Part shown: positions 22,103 to 32,492 of the stretch, in pieces | How positions within the stretch are numbered: position 1 is the first letter of the stretch | Layout: each line of letters starts with the position of its first letter | NCBI GenBank assembly: GCA_965237955.1 | Contig: OZ250169.1 | Coordinates: 4,320,001-4,384,000, forward strand | Direction of reading: 5' to 3' | DNA length: 64,000 nt | From: Candidatus Marinacidobacterales bacterium | Lineage (GTDB): Bacteria; Acidobacteriota; Vicinamibacteria; Marinacidobacterales; SMYC01 | Translations under genes and position numbers: made by a program | Notes under the pieces: generated by a model | The model's database searches: none | Seen by the model: only the letters and a program-made list of their open reading frames with translations | What the model was told of the DNA's origin: nothing

Positions 22103-23122
22103 CTACGAGCATCCTAAGTGGGCTCGGGGGTTCTCTTCGTCGAGCGACGCGAGCTCTTTCACCAGCTCCTGTTCGCGCTCATTGAGCTTCTTCGGCACCA
22201 CGACCGTCAGCTTGGCGAAGAGATCCCCTTCGTCTGTGTCCTTCAGCTTGGGCATGCCTTTGCCCTTGAGGCGCAGCAGCCGCCCGTTCTGAGACCCCGC
22301 AGGTACTTTGATCCCGACTTTTCCGGACATCGTGGGCACTTCGATCTTGGCGCCGAGCGCCGCCTCGGCGAAGGTCACCGGCACGTCGACATAGAGGTCG
22401 TCACCTTCGCGCCGATAGATGTGATGGGGTCGCATCTTCACGTCGAGATAAAGATCGCCGGGACCGGCTGCGCCAGGTTCTCCTTTGCCGGCGACGCGCA
22501 CCTTCGAGCCGTCTTTCACGCCCTTCTTAAGGCGGACGTCTATAGACTGACCGTCGAGCGTGAGTCTCTTGGCCGTGCCGTGGAACGCTTCTTCGAGCGT
22601 GACTTCGATTTGAGCGGTGACGTCACGGCCTGGTTGCAGCGGTGGTTGGCCGAACCCCTGCGCTCCGCGACCACGTCGGACGCCGCGTCTCGTGCCCCGG
22701 TGACTGCCTCCCGCCTGGCCGAAGAGGTCATCGATATCGACACCGCCCCCAAAAAACGTTCTGAAGAAATCGGAAAACCCGCCGCCTTCGCCGCTCTCGA
22801 ACTCGACGTTGAAGCCCCCACCGCCGAAATCGGGAAAACCGCCAGGTGCGCCGGGACCTCCTGGACCTCCTGTACGGGGACGGGCGTATTGCTCGTATTG
22901 CTTCCAGTTCGCGCCGAGCTGGTCGTACTTACGGCGCTTGTCGGGATCCGAGAGGACTTCGTGAGCCTCGTTGATCTCCTTGAACTTCTGTTCGGCACCG
23001 AGGTCACCGGGGTTGACGTCGGGGTGGTGCTTGCGGGCGAGCTTGCGGAACGCTTGCTTGATGTCCTTCTCGCTCGCGTTCTTCGCGACGCCAAGAAGTT
23101 GATAGTAGTCCTTGTAGTCCAT
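22103..23122 (-). CDS. DnaJ-class (type II, CbpA-like) co-chaperone
   Basis: J domain with HPD, G/F-rich region, C-terminal domain, no zinc finger. Confidence 0.93.
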   Translation of the reverse strand: MDYKDYYQLLGVAKNASEKDIKQAFRKLARKHHPDVNPGDLGAEQKFKEINEAHEVLSDPDKRRKYDQLGANWKQYEQYARPRTGGPGGPGAPGGFPDFGGGGFNVEFESGEGGGFSDFFRTFFGGGVDIDDLFGQAGGSHRGTRRGVRRGRGAQGFGQPPLQPGRDVTAQIEVTLEEAFHGTAKRLTLDGQSIDVRLKKGVKDGSKVRVAGKGEPGAAGPGDLYLDVKMRPHHIYRREGDDLYVDVPVTFAEAALGAKIEVPTMSGKVGIKVPAGSQNGRLLRLKGKGMPKLKDTDEGDLFAKLTVVVPKKLNEREQELVKELASLDEENPRAHLGCS

Positions 23123-23137
23123 CTTCTAGGCCGCGGC

Positions 23138-23205
23138 GCCATCCGCCATCGGCCATCGTCGCCCACTCGGATCTCGCTGATGGCTGATGGCTGATGGCTG
23201 ATGGC
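23138..23205. repeat. Heptamer tandem repeats in inverted arrangement (GCCATCN x3 ... CTGATGG x4) forming a hairpin
   Basis: Seen directly between lon and dnaJ; related units at about 22064-22086 and 33458-33474. Confidence 0.8.
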
Positions 23206-23237
23206 GGCAGCTAGACCACGTATGCATCCGAACGAGT

Positions 23238-25664
23238 TTATTGGACTCTAATCTCTGCCTTGTCGCCCGGCGGTCGCGCGGGCGCCATCTTCATCGGCAG
23301 ATCCGGAAACACGACGGGAAGGAGCTCATCAAGACTCGACACTAGATGAATCTTGAGCTCGTTGCGAATCTCTTCGGGCAAGTCCTCGAGTATCGCTTTT
23401 TCGTTGAGCTTCGGGATGAGCACTTCCTTGATCCCATAGCGATGCGCCGCGAGGAGCTTCTCTTTGAGCCCACCCACGGGCAGCACGTGTCCGGTCAGGG
23501 TGATCTCTCCCGTCATCGCGACTTCCGGACGCGCCGGGGTATCGGAGAGGATCGAGATCAACGATGCCACCATGGTCACGCCCGCGGAAGGCCCATCTTT
23601 AGGAGTCGAGCCCTCGGGCACGTGCAAGTGGAGATCCATTTTTTGGTAGAAGTCGCTCTCGAGACCGAGCGCCAAGCTGTTGGCGCGCACCCACGTCAAA
23701 GCGGCGGTTGCCGACTCCTTCATCACGTCGCCGAGCTGTCCCGTCAACGTGAGGTTCTTCGCACCCCGCACTTTGGACGCTTCGACGAACAAGATATCGC
23801 CGCCGACCGGCGTCCATGCGAGCCCAATCACGACGCCCGGCACTTTCACGCGATCATGGATCTCGCGCGACAGCGATGTGGGCGCTCCCAGAAGCTCTTG
23901 GAGGCCGTCGGCGGTTGCGTGTAGCGGTTCGGTCTCGCCCTCAGCGAGCTTGCGCGCTGCCTTCCGGCAAATCGTTGCGATCGAGCGCTCCAGATTGCGG
24001 AGCCCGGCTTCGCGGGTGTAGTAGCGGATGATGTGGGAGATCGCTTCGCGCTCGAACGTCGGTGCGATCTTCTCGTCGGTCAGCCCGTGATTGTCGAGCT
24101 GGCGCGGGATCAGATGCCGATGTGCGATCTGGACCTTCTCTTCTTCGGTGTAGCCCGCGAGGTTGATGACCTCCATGCGGTCTTTGAGCGCCGCCGGAAT
24201 CGGGTCCATGATGTTCGCGGTCGCGATGAACAAGACCTCGGATAGATCGAACGCCAAGTCGACGTAGTGATCGCGGAACGTGTCGTTCTGCTCGGGGTCC
24301 AAGACCTCGAGAAGTGCCGAGCTCGGGTCGCCGCGGAAATCCATTCCCAGCTTGTCGACCTCGTCGAGCATGAACACGGGATTCTTCGTGCCCGCGCGGC
24401 ACAGGTTCTGGATGACCTGTCCCGGCAGCGCACCGATGTAGGTGCGCCGGTGACCGCGGATCTCGGCTTCGTCGCGGATCCCGCCCAAGCTCATACGGAC
24501 GAACTTGCGTCCGAGCGCTTTGGCGATCGATTTTCCCAGGCTCGTCTTGCCGACGCCCGGAGGGCCGACGAAACAAAGGATCGGGCCCTTGATGTCGGGC
24601 TTTATCTTGCGGACCGCGAGAAACTCGAGGATGCGGTCTTTGACCTTTTCGAGATCGTAGTGGTCCGCTTCGAGAATGTCTTTGGCGCGGGGAATGTCGT
24701 AGACGTCTTCGGTTTTCTTCGACCACGGCACCCTTACGAGCCAGTCGAGATAGGTGCGCCCCACGGTGTACTCCGCGGAGGCCGGCGGAATCTTGGCAAG
24801 CCGGTTGAGCTCGCGTACCGCCTCTTTCTCCGCCTCTTCGGGCATCTTCGCTTCTTGGATTTTGAGGCGCATCTCGTCGATATCTTTCGCGTTCTCGTCG
24901 GATTCGCCGAGCTCTTTTTGGATGGCTTTCATTTGCTCGCGCAGGTAGTACTCGCGCTGCGTGCGTCCGACCTCGTTCTTGACTTGTGATTCGATCTTGT
25001 TGCCGACCTCGAGCACCTCCTGCTCGCGCTGAAGCGCTTCGTGGACGGTCGTGAGGCGGTCCTTCACCCGCGAGACCTCGAGCACTCGCTGGCGAGACTC
25101 GGTGTCGAGGCTCGGTAAACTTTGGGCAACGAAGTCGGCGAGCCGCCCCGGGTCGTTGAGCGTGGCGGCGAGAGAGCCGACTTCGTCCGCGAGCGACGGC
25201 GACATCTCCACGATCTTGGAGAACACCGAATGGACGTTTCTCGTCAGGGCATCGATCTCGATCGCGTCTTCGGGCAGTGCGAGGCTTTCCACGATCTCGA
25301 TGTCCGCGCGAATGTAGGGAGTGACCTGAGTGATTTTCAGAACGTTGAATCGGAATCCGCCTTGCACGACGAGGCGAATCGACCCGTCCGGCATGCGGAC
25401 GGATTTGTGAATGCGAACGCTGGTGCCCACGGCGTGTAGATCTGACGCGGTGGGCGACTCGATGGTCGCGTCCTTCTGGGTGACCACCCCGATGAAATCC
25501 GCAGAATCGCCGTTCTCGTTCAGGAGGCGCACCGTGGAGTCGCGCCCGACCGCGAGCGGCAGAATCGACTGCGGGAAAATCACCGTGTCGCGAAGGGGGA
25601 GGATCGGCACGGCCCGATGGATCTCGCCGTTCACGGGCCGTTTGATTTGTTCGGATTCTTCCAT
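23238..25664 (-). CDS. lon: ATP-dependent Lon protease
   Basis: [52 protein letters not shown]. Confidence 0.98.
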   Translation of the reverse strand: MEESEQIKRPVNGEIHRAVPILPLRDTVIFPQSILPLAVGRDSTVRLLNENGDSADFIGVVTQKDATIESPTASDLHAVGTSVRIHKSVRMPDGSIRLVVQGGFRFNVLKITQVTPYIRADIEIVESLALPEDAIEIDALTRNVHSVFSKIVEMSPSLADEVGSLAATLNDPGRLADFVAQSLPSLDTESRQRVLEVSRVKDRLTTVHEALQREQEVLEVGNKIESQVKNEVGRTQREYYLREQMKAIQKELGESDENAKDIDEMRLKIQEAKMPEEAEKEAVRELNRLAKIPPASAEYTVGRTYLDWLVRVPWSKKTEDVYDIPRAKDILEADHYDLEKVKDRILEFLAVRKIKPDIKGPILCFVGPPGVGKTSLGKSIAKALGRKFVRMSLGGIRDEAEIRGHRRTYIGALPGQVIQNLCRAGTKNPVFMLDEVDKLGMDFRGDPSSALLEVLDPEQNDTFRDHYVDLAFDLSEVLFIATANIMDPIPAALKDRMEVINLAGYTEEEKVQIAHRHLIPRQLDNHGLTDEKIAPTFEREAISHIIRYYTREAGLRNLERSIATICRKAARKLAEGETEPLHATADGLQELLGAPTSLSREIHDRVKVPGVVIGLAWTPVGGDILFVEASKVRGAKNLTLTGQLGDVMKESATAALTWVRANSLALGLESDFYQKMDLHLHVPEGSTPKDGPSAGVTMVASLISILSDTPARPEVAMTGEITLTGHVLPVGGLKEKLLAAHRYGIKEVLIPKLNEKAILEDLPEEIRNELKIHLVSSLDELLPVVFPDLPMKMAPARPPGDKAEIRVQ

Positions 25665-25897
25665 TTGCTACCTCGATGGTGTGCCGCTGGGTCCCCCATC
25701 TAGGGTATCAGTCCAGGCGAACTCTCTCAAGCCTTGCGCCATGAGCCCACAGCGCCATTATCGAGCTTTAGTGTTGAATTGTCAAATGATGTGTAAGTTA
25801 TTTATAACTAGTAATTTAAGAGTAACCTCCATCTGTTATATTTGAGTGTATCAACTGCATATTATTAAGTTTAAGCCCCTCACCACATCTTCACTCT

Positions 25898-28186
25898 TCA
25901 CTGGCCCGGGTAACCGGTTGGCTCAGAGCCGGAAATGAACGACTCGAGGATAACGTCCGAGCCTTGTCCGGAGTAGGTGGGGTATCCCGTCTTCTTGTCC
26001 ACCGGTACGAACACGATGTTCGAGGGGACGGGGAAGTCCTCAATGGGCTTGTCCTTGAGCGCGAATTCCATGAAATCGATCCACGCCGGTAGAGCCGCTC
26101 GCGCCCCGGTCTCACGATCACCCAGCGTGACTTTCTGATCGAATCCGACCCAGGTCCCGGCGACGAGGGTCGGGTCGAACCCAAGGAACCAGGCGTCGGT
26201 GTAGTCGTTCGTCGTGCCGGTTTTGCCTGCGATCGGTCGTCCGAGCCTCGAGGCGCGGATGCCGGTCCCTCTCTGTACCACGCCCCGTAACAGGTTGGTG
26301 ACGATGTACGCGGAGTCGGCGCGGATGGCCGAGGCGGCCTTCGGGTACGTCTCCTCGAGAACGTTGCCGTCGCGATCGGTGACCTTGGTAATGAACAAAG
26401 GCTGCATACGAATACCCTGGTTCGCGAACGCGGAATAAGCGGAGACCATTTCCAGAAGCGTCGCTTCGGCTGCTCCGAGGGTGATGCTGAGATATGGAGG
26501 AATCGGGCCGGACAGGCCGAGCCGCTTCGCGTAGTCTGCGACTTTCTGCGGACCGATCTGCTGCGTCAGCCGAACCGCAGGAACGTTACGAGAGGCCTCG
26601 ATCAGTCGTCTCAGCGTGATCCAGCCTTCGAATTTCCGATCGTAGTTCCGTGGCTCGTAGGCTTCCTCGATGTGCGGGTCGACGTAGCGCACCGGTTCAT
26701 CGAGGATGAGCGAAGTGGGGGTGTAGCCCTCGTCTACGGCGGCACCGAGAGCGAACGCTTTGAACGCTGAGCCAGGCTGTCGCCTCGCCTGGGTCGCCCG
26801 GTTGAACTTGCTCTTTTCGAAATCTAAACCGCCCACCATCGCCTTGATCTGCCCGGTTCGCGCTTCGATCGCAAGGAGCGCCCCGTTGGCGGCGGGTTCT
26901 TGCTCGACCTTTACCACCATCGTCGCAAGCTCGGAGTCGATGCTCGCGATCTCGAACTCCGACACGTCGCCGACGGCGAACAACTGGCCCAGCGGCTTTT
27001 CAGTCCACACGGCGGATTCGGGGTCGATCGTCGCGGTGAACCGGCCTATCCGCACTGTCGTGTCGCTCCCCGCCTCGGTGACCACGCCGGCAACGATCTG
27101 TCCCTGGTTAAACGGCTCCATCCAATCGTCGGAGTGGAACTCCTGAATGGAAATCTCCATGTCGCGCAGCACGTTGGTCGCCACCGGCCTGAGGCCTTGG
27201 CGTTTGTCCAGTTGTCGCACCGCCCGATCCATAGTGCCGTTGGCGCGCTCCTGCACCGCCCGGTTGAGCGTCGTGTATACCCGGAGGCCGCCGCGATAAA
27301 TACGCGTGGCCCCATATTTTTCCTCCAGGTATTGACGGACCTCTTCGACGAAGTAAGGCGCGATGTTCCCGCTCGCACCCCTGCGTCGGAGCTGGAGCGG
27401 CACGTTCTTGGCGCGCTCAGCCTCTTCCTTTGTTATGAAATCTTCCACTTCCATACGCTGCAGCACGACGTCGCGCTGCTCGAGCGAAGCCTCCGGGTTC
27501 ACGAACGGGCTGTAGTTTCCCGGCGATGGCGCGAGTCCGACGATCAGGGCCGCCTCCTCCAGCGTGAGGTCGCGCGTGTCCTTTCCGAAGTAGTACTCCG
27601 ACGCCGCCTGGACACCGTAGAGGCCGTGACCGAAATGCAGAAGGTTGCAGTAGTAAGTGAAGATCTCCTCTTTCGTATAGGCGCGCTCGATTTGGAACGC
27701 GAGAATGGCTTCTTTGATCTTGCGGGCGATGGTTTCCTCACGCGTGAGAAAGAGAAGTCTCGAGACTTGCTGTGTAATCGTGCTCGCGCCGGAAACGATC
27801 TCGCCCGCCCACACGTTGTCCCACGCGGCGCGCAAGATGCCGACGGGATCGAAGCCGTGGTGGCTCCAGAATCGCTGATCTTCTTTGGCGACGAAGGCGT
27901 TCCGCAAGACTTCGGGTACGTCCGCGTACGGAATGACGACGCGCTTTTCGACGGCGAACTCGGCGATCACCTCGCCGTCGTCGGCAAAAATCTGAGTGAT
28001 GATGCTCGGCTGGTAGTTCTCGATCTGCTCGATGATCGGGAGATCGCGCTGGTAGGCGAGGACGAGGCCCGTCAGTGTGCCGCCGACGGCGGCCAGGGCG
28101 AACAAGACGCCGACGACGATGAATCTCAGTAATTTGCGACCACGAACCGCTTTCTCAGGTGATTCCGGGGAGTTCTCGGTTTCCAT
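25898..28186 (-). CDS. Penicillin-binding protein 1A family (transglycosylase/transpeptidase)
   Basis: EDQRF, GASTITQQ, RKIKE, RQPGSAFK (SxxK), SRN, KTG; TATAAT -10 on the minus strand at 28214-28219. Confidence 0.95.
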   Translation of the reverse strand: METENSPESPEKAVRGRKLLRFIVVGVLFALAAVGGTLTGLVLAYQRDLPIIEQIENYQPSIITQIFADDGEVIAEFAVEKRVVIPYADVPEVLRNAFVAKEDQRFWSHHGFDPVGILRAAWDNVWAGEIVSGASTITQQVSRLLFLTREETIARKIKEAILAFQIERAYTKEEIFTYYCNLLHFGHGLYGVQAASEYYFGKDTRDLTLEEAALIVGLAPSPGNYSPFVNPEASLEQRDVVLQRMEVEDFITKEEAERAKNVPLQLRRRGASGNIAPYFVEEVRQYLEEKYGATRIYRGGLRVYTTLNRAVQERANGTMDRAVRQLDKRQGLRPVATNVLRDMEISIQEFHSDDWMEPFNQGQIVAGVVTEAGSDTTVRIGRFTATIDPESAVWTEKPLGQLFAVGDVSEFEIASIDSELATMVVKVEQEPAANGALLAIEARTGQIKAMVGGLDFEKSKFNRATQARRQPGSAFKAFALGAAVDEGYTPTSLILDEPVRYVDPHIEEAYEPRNYDRKFEGWITLRRLIEASRNVPAVRLTQQIGPQKVADYAKRLGLSGPIPPYLSITLGAAEATLLEMVSAYSAFANQGIRMQPLFITKVTDRDGNVLEETYPKAASAIRADSAYIVTNLLRGVVQRGTGIRASRLGRPIAGKTGTTNDYTDAWFLGFDPTLVAGTWVGFDQKVTLGDRETGARAALPAWIDFMEFALKDKPIEDFPVPSNIVFVPVDKKTGYPTYSGQGSDVILESFISGSEPTGYPGQ

Positions 28187-28500
28187 AGATTTTGTCTCGC
28201 GGGGCGCAACCTTATTATAGACGGTCAGGGACCAGCATCCAGCATTCAGCATCCAGCATCCAGTTGGACCCGCGAGCCTTGCCGTCGTTGACGTTTTCCG
28301 GACACGACAGGGCGTCGCCTTCGGCAGGTTGGGCTACTCGACGGCGAGCGCTCGACACGCGGCGGCGACGCTGCCGAAGTCTCAGTTCGGCTAGGTAGGT
28401 ATCGTCAAGTGCGTGTTTTCCGTTTAGTGTTATCTTTCAACATCTTAGACGGCTCCTCATGTCGCCGAGTATCGCGGTTTCCGTGCCGTCCTGAGAATTC

Positions 28501-28522
28501 CGTGACCATTTTGTGACCATTT
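28501..28522. repeat. Integrase arm-type binding repeat, left (CGTGACCATTT TGTGACCATTT)
   Basis: Tandem 11-mer that recurs at 32326-32347. Confidence 0.8.
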
Positions 28523-29685
28523 CATCCGTGGAGAACTGATCGGGTCTTTTCGACTGCGGCTTTCTGAAGCTCGGGCACTACGTGCGAATAAAGGTCGAGC
28601 GTGATTTGCGTTTTCGTATGGCCGAGCCGGAAGGAAACCGTCTTAACATCGACGCCAGCTATCAGCGCGAGCGTCGCAGCGGTGTGACGGAGGCCATGAA
28701 ACTTGATGGGTGGCAACCCGGCCTCCTTGACGAGCTTCGCGAATTCCCGCACGCCGATGCTTCTCACTGGGAGTGAGTCGCCAAGCATGGTGCGTTGATT
28801 CGTTTTCCTTAGGTCTTTCCATTCCTTCGCGAAGACGAGTTGATGGTCGCGATAGACGCCACGGTTCCTCATCTTCAACGTTGCCGGATGGGCTTTGTGA
28901 GTGCTGAGGAGGTCGGCTAGCTCGGGCGTGATTTCTAGCGTTCGCTCTTCTCCAGACTTCAACGGTCCGAATTCCGGCGATGATCCTTCCTTGGTGAGCT
29001 GATGCTTGAGCGTGATGGTGCACGCATCAACGTCAACGTCTTCCCACTTGAGCCCGCAAAGCTCGGCCTTGCGAAACCCGATTTCGAGCGCAGTCGTGTA
29101 AAACGCAATTTGCTGCGGTCCGGCTTCTTGGGCCGTCTTCAAGAACGTCTTCGCTTCATCGGATGTCCAGCAGTTCGCGCGGACGTCGGCGTTGTTTTCT
29201 TTGCTGCTCTTGGGGCGCGCGTCGATGAGCCGGGCCGCGTTATCCGTGACGAGCTTCTTCTTCTTCGCCGAGTCGAGAGCGGACTGTGTGACGACGTGGT
29301 GAAGCTCCAGCCCGGACGCGCACAGCTTCGACTCCCGGTAATACCGCTCGATGTGCGTCGCCTGGAGTCGTTGAAGCTTGATGCGACCGAGCTTCGGCTT
29401 CAGGTGCTTGTCGATGATTCCCTGGTAGCGCTCTTGCGTTGCTGGGCGTTTCTGGTGCTTGGTGTTCTCGTACCAAACATCGAGCCATTGGCCGAAGTTG
29501 GTTTTCTTCGGGTCGATGTAACTGCCCGCATCAATTCCGGCGCTGATCCTGGCAAGCTCCTTTTCCACCTCGTTCTTCGTGCGCTTCGTGACCGAGCGAA
29601 AGCGGCGCTTTCCGGTCGCGGAGTCGACGCCTACGTCGATTCTACCGCGCCACGAATTGCCGCGTCGCTTGATAGAGCCTTTCAT
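28522..29685 (-). CDS. Tyrosine recombinase/integrase
   Basis: MKGSIKRRG arm-binding N-terminus; catalytic GFRKAEL, K, HGLRH, LGH, Y. Confidence 0.95.
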   Translation of the reverse strand: MKGSIKRRGNSWRGRIDVGVDSATGKRRFRSVTKRTKNEVEKELARISAGIDAGSYIDPKKTNFGQWLDVWYENTKHQKRPATQERYQGIIDKHLKPKLGRIKLQRLQATHIERYYRESKLCASGLELHHVVTQSALDSAKKKKLVTDNAARLIDARPKSSKENNADVRANCWTSDEAKTFLKTAQEAGPQQIAFYTTALEIGFRKAELCGLKWEDVDVDACTITLKHQLTKEGSSPEFGPLKSGEERTLEITPELADLLSTHKAHPATLKMRNRGVYRDHQLVFAKEWKDLRKTNQRTMLGDSLPVRSIGVREFAKLVKEAGLPPIKFHGLRHTAATLALIAGVDVKTVSFRLGHTKTQITLDLYSHVVPELQKAAVEKTRSVLHG

Positions 29686-30152
29686 ATTTCTTCCGTCCTC
29701 GAGCCTTGCCGGGAGAGGGGCGCTAGTGCGCCCCTCGGGCCCGGCTTTCAACGTGAAGATGGCGACGGCGGGCTACGGCCGCCGCGACGAGCGCGCAGTG
29801 TCGCTGCTCTCGTGAGGGGGCTTGCGGCGGCAACTGGGGATGATGTTTACTTTTAGCCCCGATGGATTGGGCCTAAAGAAGTTTGGGCAAGAAAACCTCC
29901 CATTCCCTGGTTGAGGAGGGCGTGTGGCCGACGAACCGAAAACCGCAGAAACCCAATCACCATCAACCGCCGAGCCCGAGCCGGCAGTGGTCGCTGCAGG
30001 CGAAGAAGCTGCCGAGCCTGCGCGAGCCAAACAAGACGCCGCGTCGAAGGCAGACCCGTCACCGGGTACTGCCTCTCTGGACCGCGACATGATGAGGCTC
30101 ATGGTATGCGGATGTCCTTCGGAAACAGAAGAAATCCGGAATCGAGCGCGCA

Positions 30153-30644
30153 ATGCCTTGGTTCACTTTAGCGATCGCGCTAGTTGGTGCCGTGTTGGGC
30201 ATCTATAGTTCCCTGGCGACTCGAGACGCAGCTAAAAGGGAGACTGCTCAAAAGATACAGGAATTGCTCGATGAAGCGTTTGACCTGCTCGGCGGCGAAG
30301 AGGGGACACCGTTCATTTCTGGGAGTCTCAGAATCCGCGACCCGATTGTGCTGACAAAGGTCGATCGTTTGATTAGCGAAGCACTCCTCCTTGATCCTGG
30401 CAGCTCTGGCGCCCATATGCGTCGGGGGGATCTGCTCGACGTGAAAGGCCTACCAGAACAAGCCATCACCGCGTACCGCAAAGCCATCGAGCTCGACCCG
30501 AACAACGCGGCCGCCCACAGCCGCCTCGCGCTCAAGGACAAGGGGCAGCTCGACGACGCCATCGCCGAGTACCGCAAAGCCATCCAGCTCGACCCCAACT
30601 ACGCGCAGGCTAAACGCAACTTGGAAATAGCGCTCGGACAATAG
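30153..30644 (+). CDS. Membrane-anchored TPR repeat protein (island cargo)
   Basis: N-terminal TM; repeats AITAYRKAIELDPNNA and AIAEYRKAIQLDPNYA; one repeat looks shortened; may extend upstream via a frameshift into ORF 29924. Confidence 0.8.
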   Translation: MPWFTLAIALVGAVLGIYSSLATRDAAKRETAQKIQELLDEAFDLLGGEEGTPFISGSLRIRDPIVLTKVDRLISEALLLDPGSSGAHMRRGDLLDVKGLPEQAITAYRKAIELDPNNAAAHSRLALKDKGQLDDAIAEYRKAIQLDPNYAQAKRNLEIALGQ

Positions 30645-30849
30645 CGAACGGAGACGCTACGCGACCGCTCCCTCGCCGGCGACAAAGCTACCGGGAAGCT
30701 TACGTTCCCGCGACCCCTGGCCCTACCGCGCCTCTTTTCCTTGTAAGACGAAATTTAGAGCGGGAAGGCTCCTTCATGAAGGGAGTCCTTCGCACTTGTG
30801 GACTGCACGGTGCATACGGGTTAGCCTGGAAAAAGGCGGAGCCATCACG

Positions 30850-31518
30850 TCAATTGGTCTTGGTCACCTCGGTGAGACGCACGCGGTCGGGCGATAAGTT
30901 CTCCACACGAAGCTTGGCGTTCTTCTTGTCGACCTTCATCTGGACGGCCAGGCACAATGTGCCTTCCCCTTCGTTGTTTTCGTCTAGGCGGAGCTGGATC
31001 AGGCTGAACGGGTAGTGCACCGCAAAATCACCCGTGTCCCGCGCACCAACATCAGGGTCCGAAAGGTCCGAAGTAAATGGCGTATAATCAGCGATGGGCT
31101 CACCGGTGGCCAGTCGAATGATGCGTTTGCCCTCCACTCGGATCTCGCGGGCATAGCGCAAGCGGACGCTTGAAGCGCTGCGCCGGTGGACGAAGCCCGC
31201 GACTTCCTGTTTCTGAAGCGCCTTGAGAAAATCCTTAGGCCCGTTCTCCACGAGCGTTGTGATGAGCTGCTTGTGCTCCTCGTCGGTCGTCCAGCGGTCG
31301 ATGCTGATCGTCAACGGCTGCTTTCTGCCGAACCCGGTCGAATAAATGGCGCGCGCCCGATAGGTTTCCCGGATCCTCTCTTCCTGCTCTTCCTGCGCCC
31401 CGGCCAGGCCGGTTTGAACCACTAGCGCCGCAGCGAGGGCGAGGCCTACAACCACCCTGAACACAGCTGGACTAGATTGCATTGTTTCGATACTCGTTTT
31501 TGCTCTCATTGCTCTCAT
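30850..31518 (-). CDS. Hypothetical exported protein (island cargo)
   Basis: Hydrophobic signal-like segment, then ISIDRWTTDEE..LRYARE..YPFSLIQLRLD..GEG; GGGGGAG RBS. Confidence 0.7.
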   Translation of the reverse strand: MRAMRAKTSIETMQSSPAVFRVVVGLALAAALVVQTGLAGAQEEQEERIRETYRARAIYSTGFGRKQPLTISIDRWTTDEEHKQLITTLVENGPKDFLKALQKQEVAGFVHRRSASSVRLRYAREIRVEGKRIIRLATGEPIADYTPFTSDLSDPDVGARDTGDFAVHYPFSLIQLRLDENNEGEGTLCLAVQMKVDKKNAKLRVENLSPDRVRLTEVTKTN

Positions 31519-31686
31519 CGTTCTCCCCCCTTTTACTACATCCCGGCGCGGTGCTTCGATCAAAGGGTCGGGCCCGACCCCTTGATGGTGCTGGGAATCC
31601 TTATTCCCGTAACCCCTTTTCCATGGTTGTAGTAGGGTTTGATTCATGGCGGCATGGGTTGTTATCGCGAACGCGGCAGCGGAGAG

Positions 31687-31968
31687 TCATAAGGCGGGAG
31701 TCGTGAGCACGACGTAAGCAGCCAACTGATCGTTGCAAGGGCTCCTTGGTAAGTCAAACCCCCGCCGCATTTCCGCCAGCGACTCCGCTACCTCCAGAAG
31801 AGAAATATCTTCGCGGTGCTTCGTAATGAGTTGATGTGACTTCACAATCATGTCCCCAAGTTGCTGCCCCGACTCAGGACACAAGTCCTCGACCTCTTTC
31901 ATTACGCGTTCGAAGCTTCCTAACAATGCAATGGGGGGGTTCCATGTCCCTGCTTGAACGACTGCCAT
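31687..31968 (-). CDS. Hypothetical protein
   Basis: 93-aa ORF with GGGAG RBS; no recognisable motif. Confidence 0.35.
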   Translation of the reverse strand: MAVVQAGTWNPPIALLGSFERVMKEVEDLCPESGQQLGDMIVKSHQLITKHREDISLLEVAESLAEMRRGFDLPRSPCNDQLAAYVVLTTPAL

Positions 31969-32325
31969 CTTCTCCCAATAGGGTGATGTGCTCTGTACTC
32001 TATTCGGTTAGTGGGTCAGCGCACCCAGTGAGAGCACACGCGGTAACGGCGAGCGCGATAAGACGCATCGCTGATCTCCTTCACAATGAAAGCGAATTAT
32101 GAATACCATAGAAGTTGCATTTTTGGAAACGAGGGTATTGAACGCGAGCGAGCCGCGCGCGCAATCGCTGTAACTCACGCGTTCTCGGTAGGGGATCACC
32201 CTTCAAAACGATTCGGGGGGGATTCTCGTGCGTCGTTTTTGGCGAAACGCGTGTCGCCGATGATGAGATCGGCTTACAAGTGAAAGCCGGGCGCCAGGAG
32301 CGGGGTTAGCCTCGCTCCGGCTCGG

Positions 32326-32347
32326 CGTGACCATTTCGTGACCATTT
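32326..32347. repeat. Integrase arm-type binding repeat, right (CGTGACCATTT x2)
   Basis: Perfect tandem 11-mer matching the left-end repeat. Confidence 0.8.
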
Positions 32348-32492
32348 GGGCTTTTGCCCGGTGCCCGCTAATCCAGCGTATCTCGGTAATTCACTCTAAG
32401 CTCACTGTTTATGTTACGGATCCGGTCCGTGGGGCGCGAATGGCTGCCGAAGTCGCAGTTCGCGAATCGAACTGGATGCTGGATGCGGAATG

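Larger units (their letters stand above)
28370..32462. mobile_element. About 4.1-kb integrative element with tyrosine integrase
   Basis: Direct repeat GCTGCCGAAGTC(T/G)CAGTTCG at 28370-28389 and 32443-32462 (19/20); arm-type repeats inside both ends; integrase next to the left end. Confidence 0.85.

Noticed and set aside
23138-23205. Short tandem repeats here and at 28232-28263 and 28501-28522 as CRISPR arrays
   Set aside because: Units are 7-11 bp with no unique spacers and no cas genes.
25770-25880. AT-rich region upstream of lon-dnaJ as a HAIR (HspR) or CIRCE operator
   Set aside because: A TTGAGT half-site is present but the second half does not match either consensus; probably just promoter DNA.
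28263-28400. tRNA, tmRNA or SRP RNA at the integrase attachment site
   Set aside because: No T-loop/CCA cloverleaf, tmRNA termini or SRP core motif recognisable on either strand; reported instead as an unknown structure.
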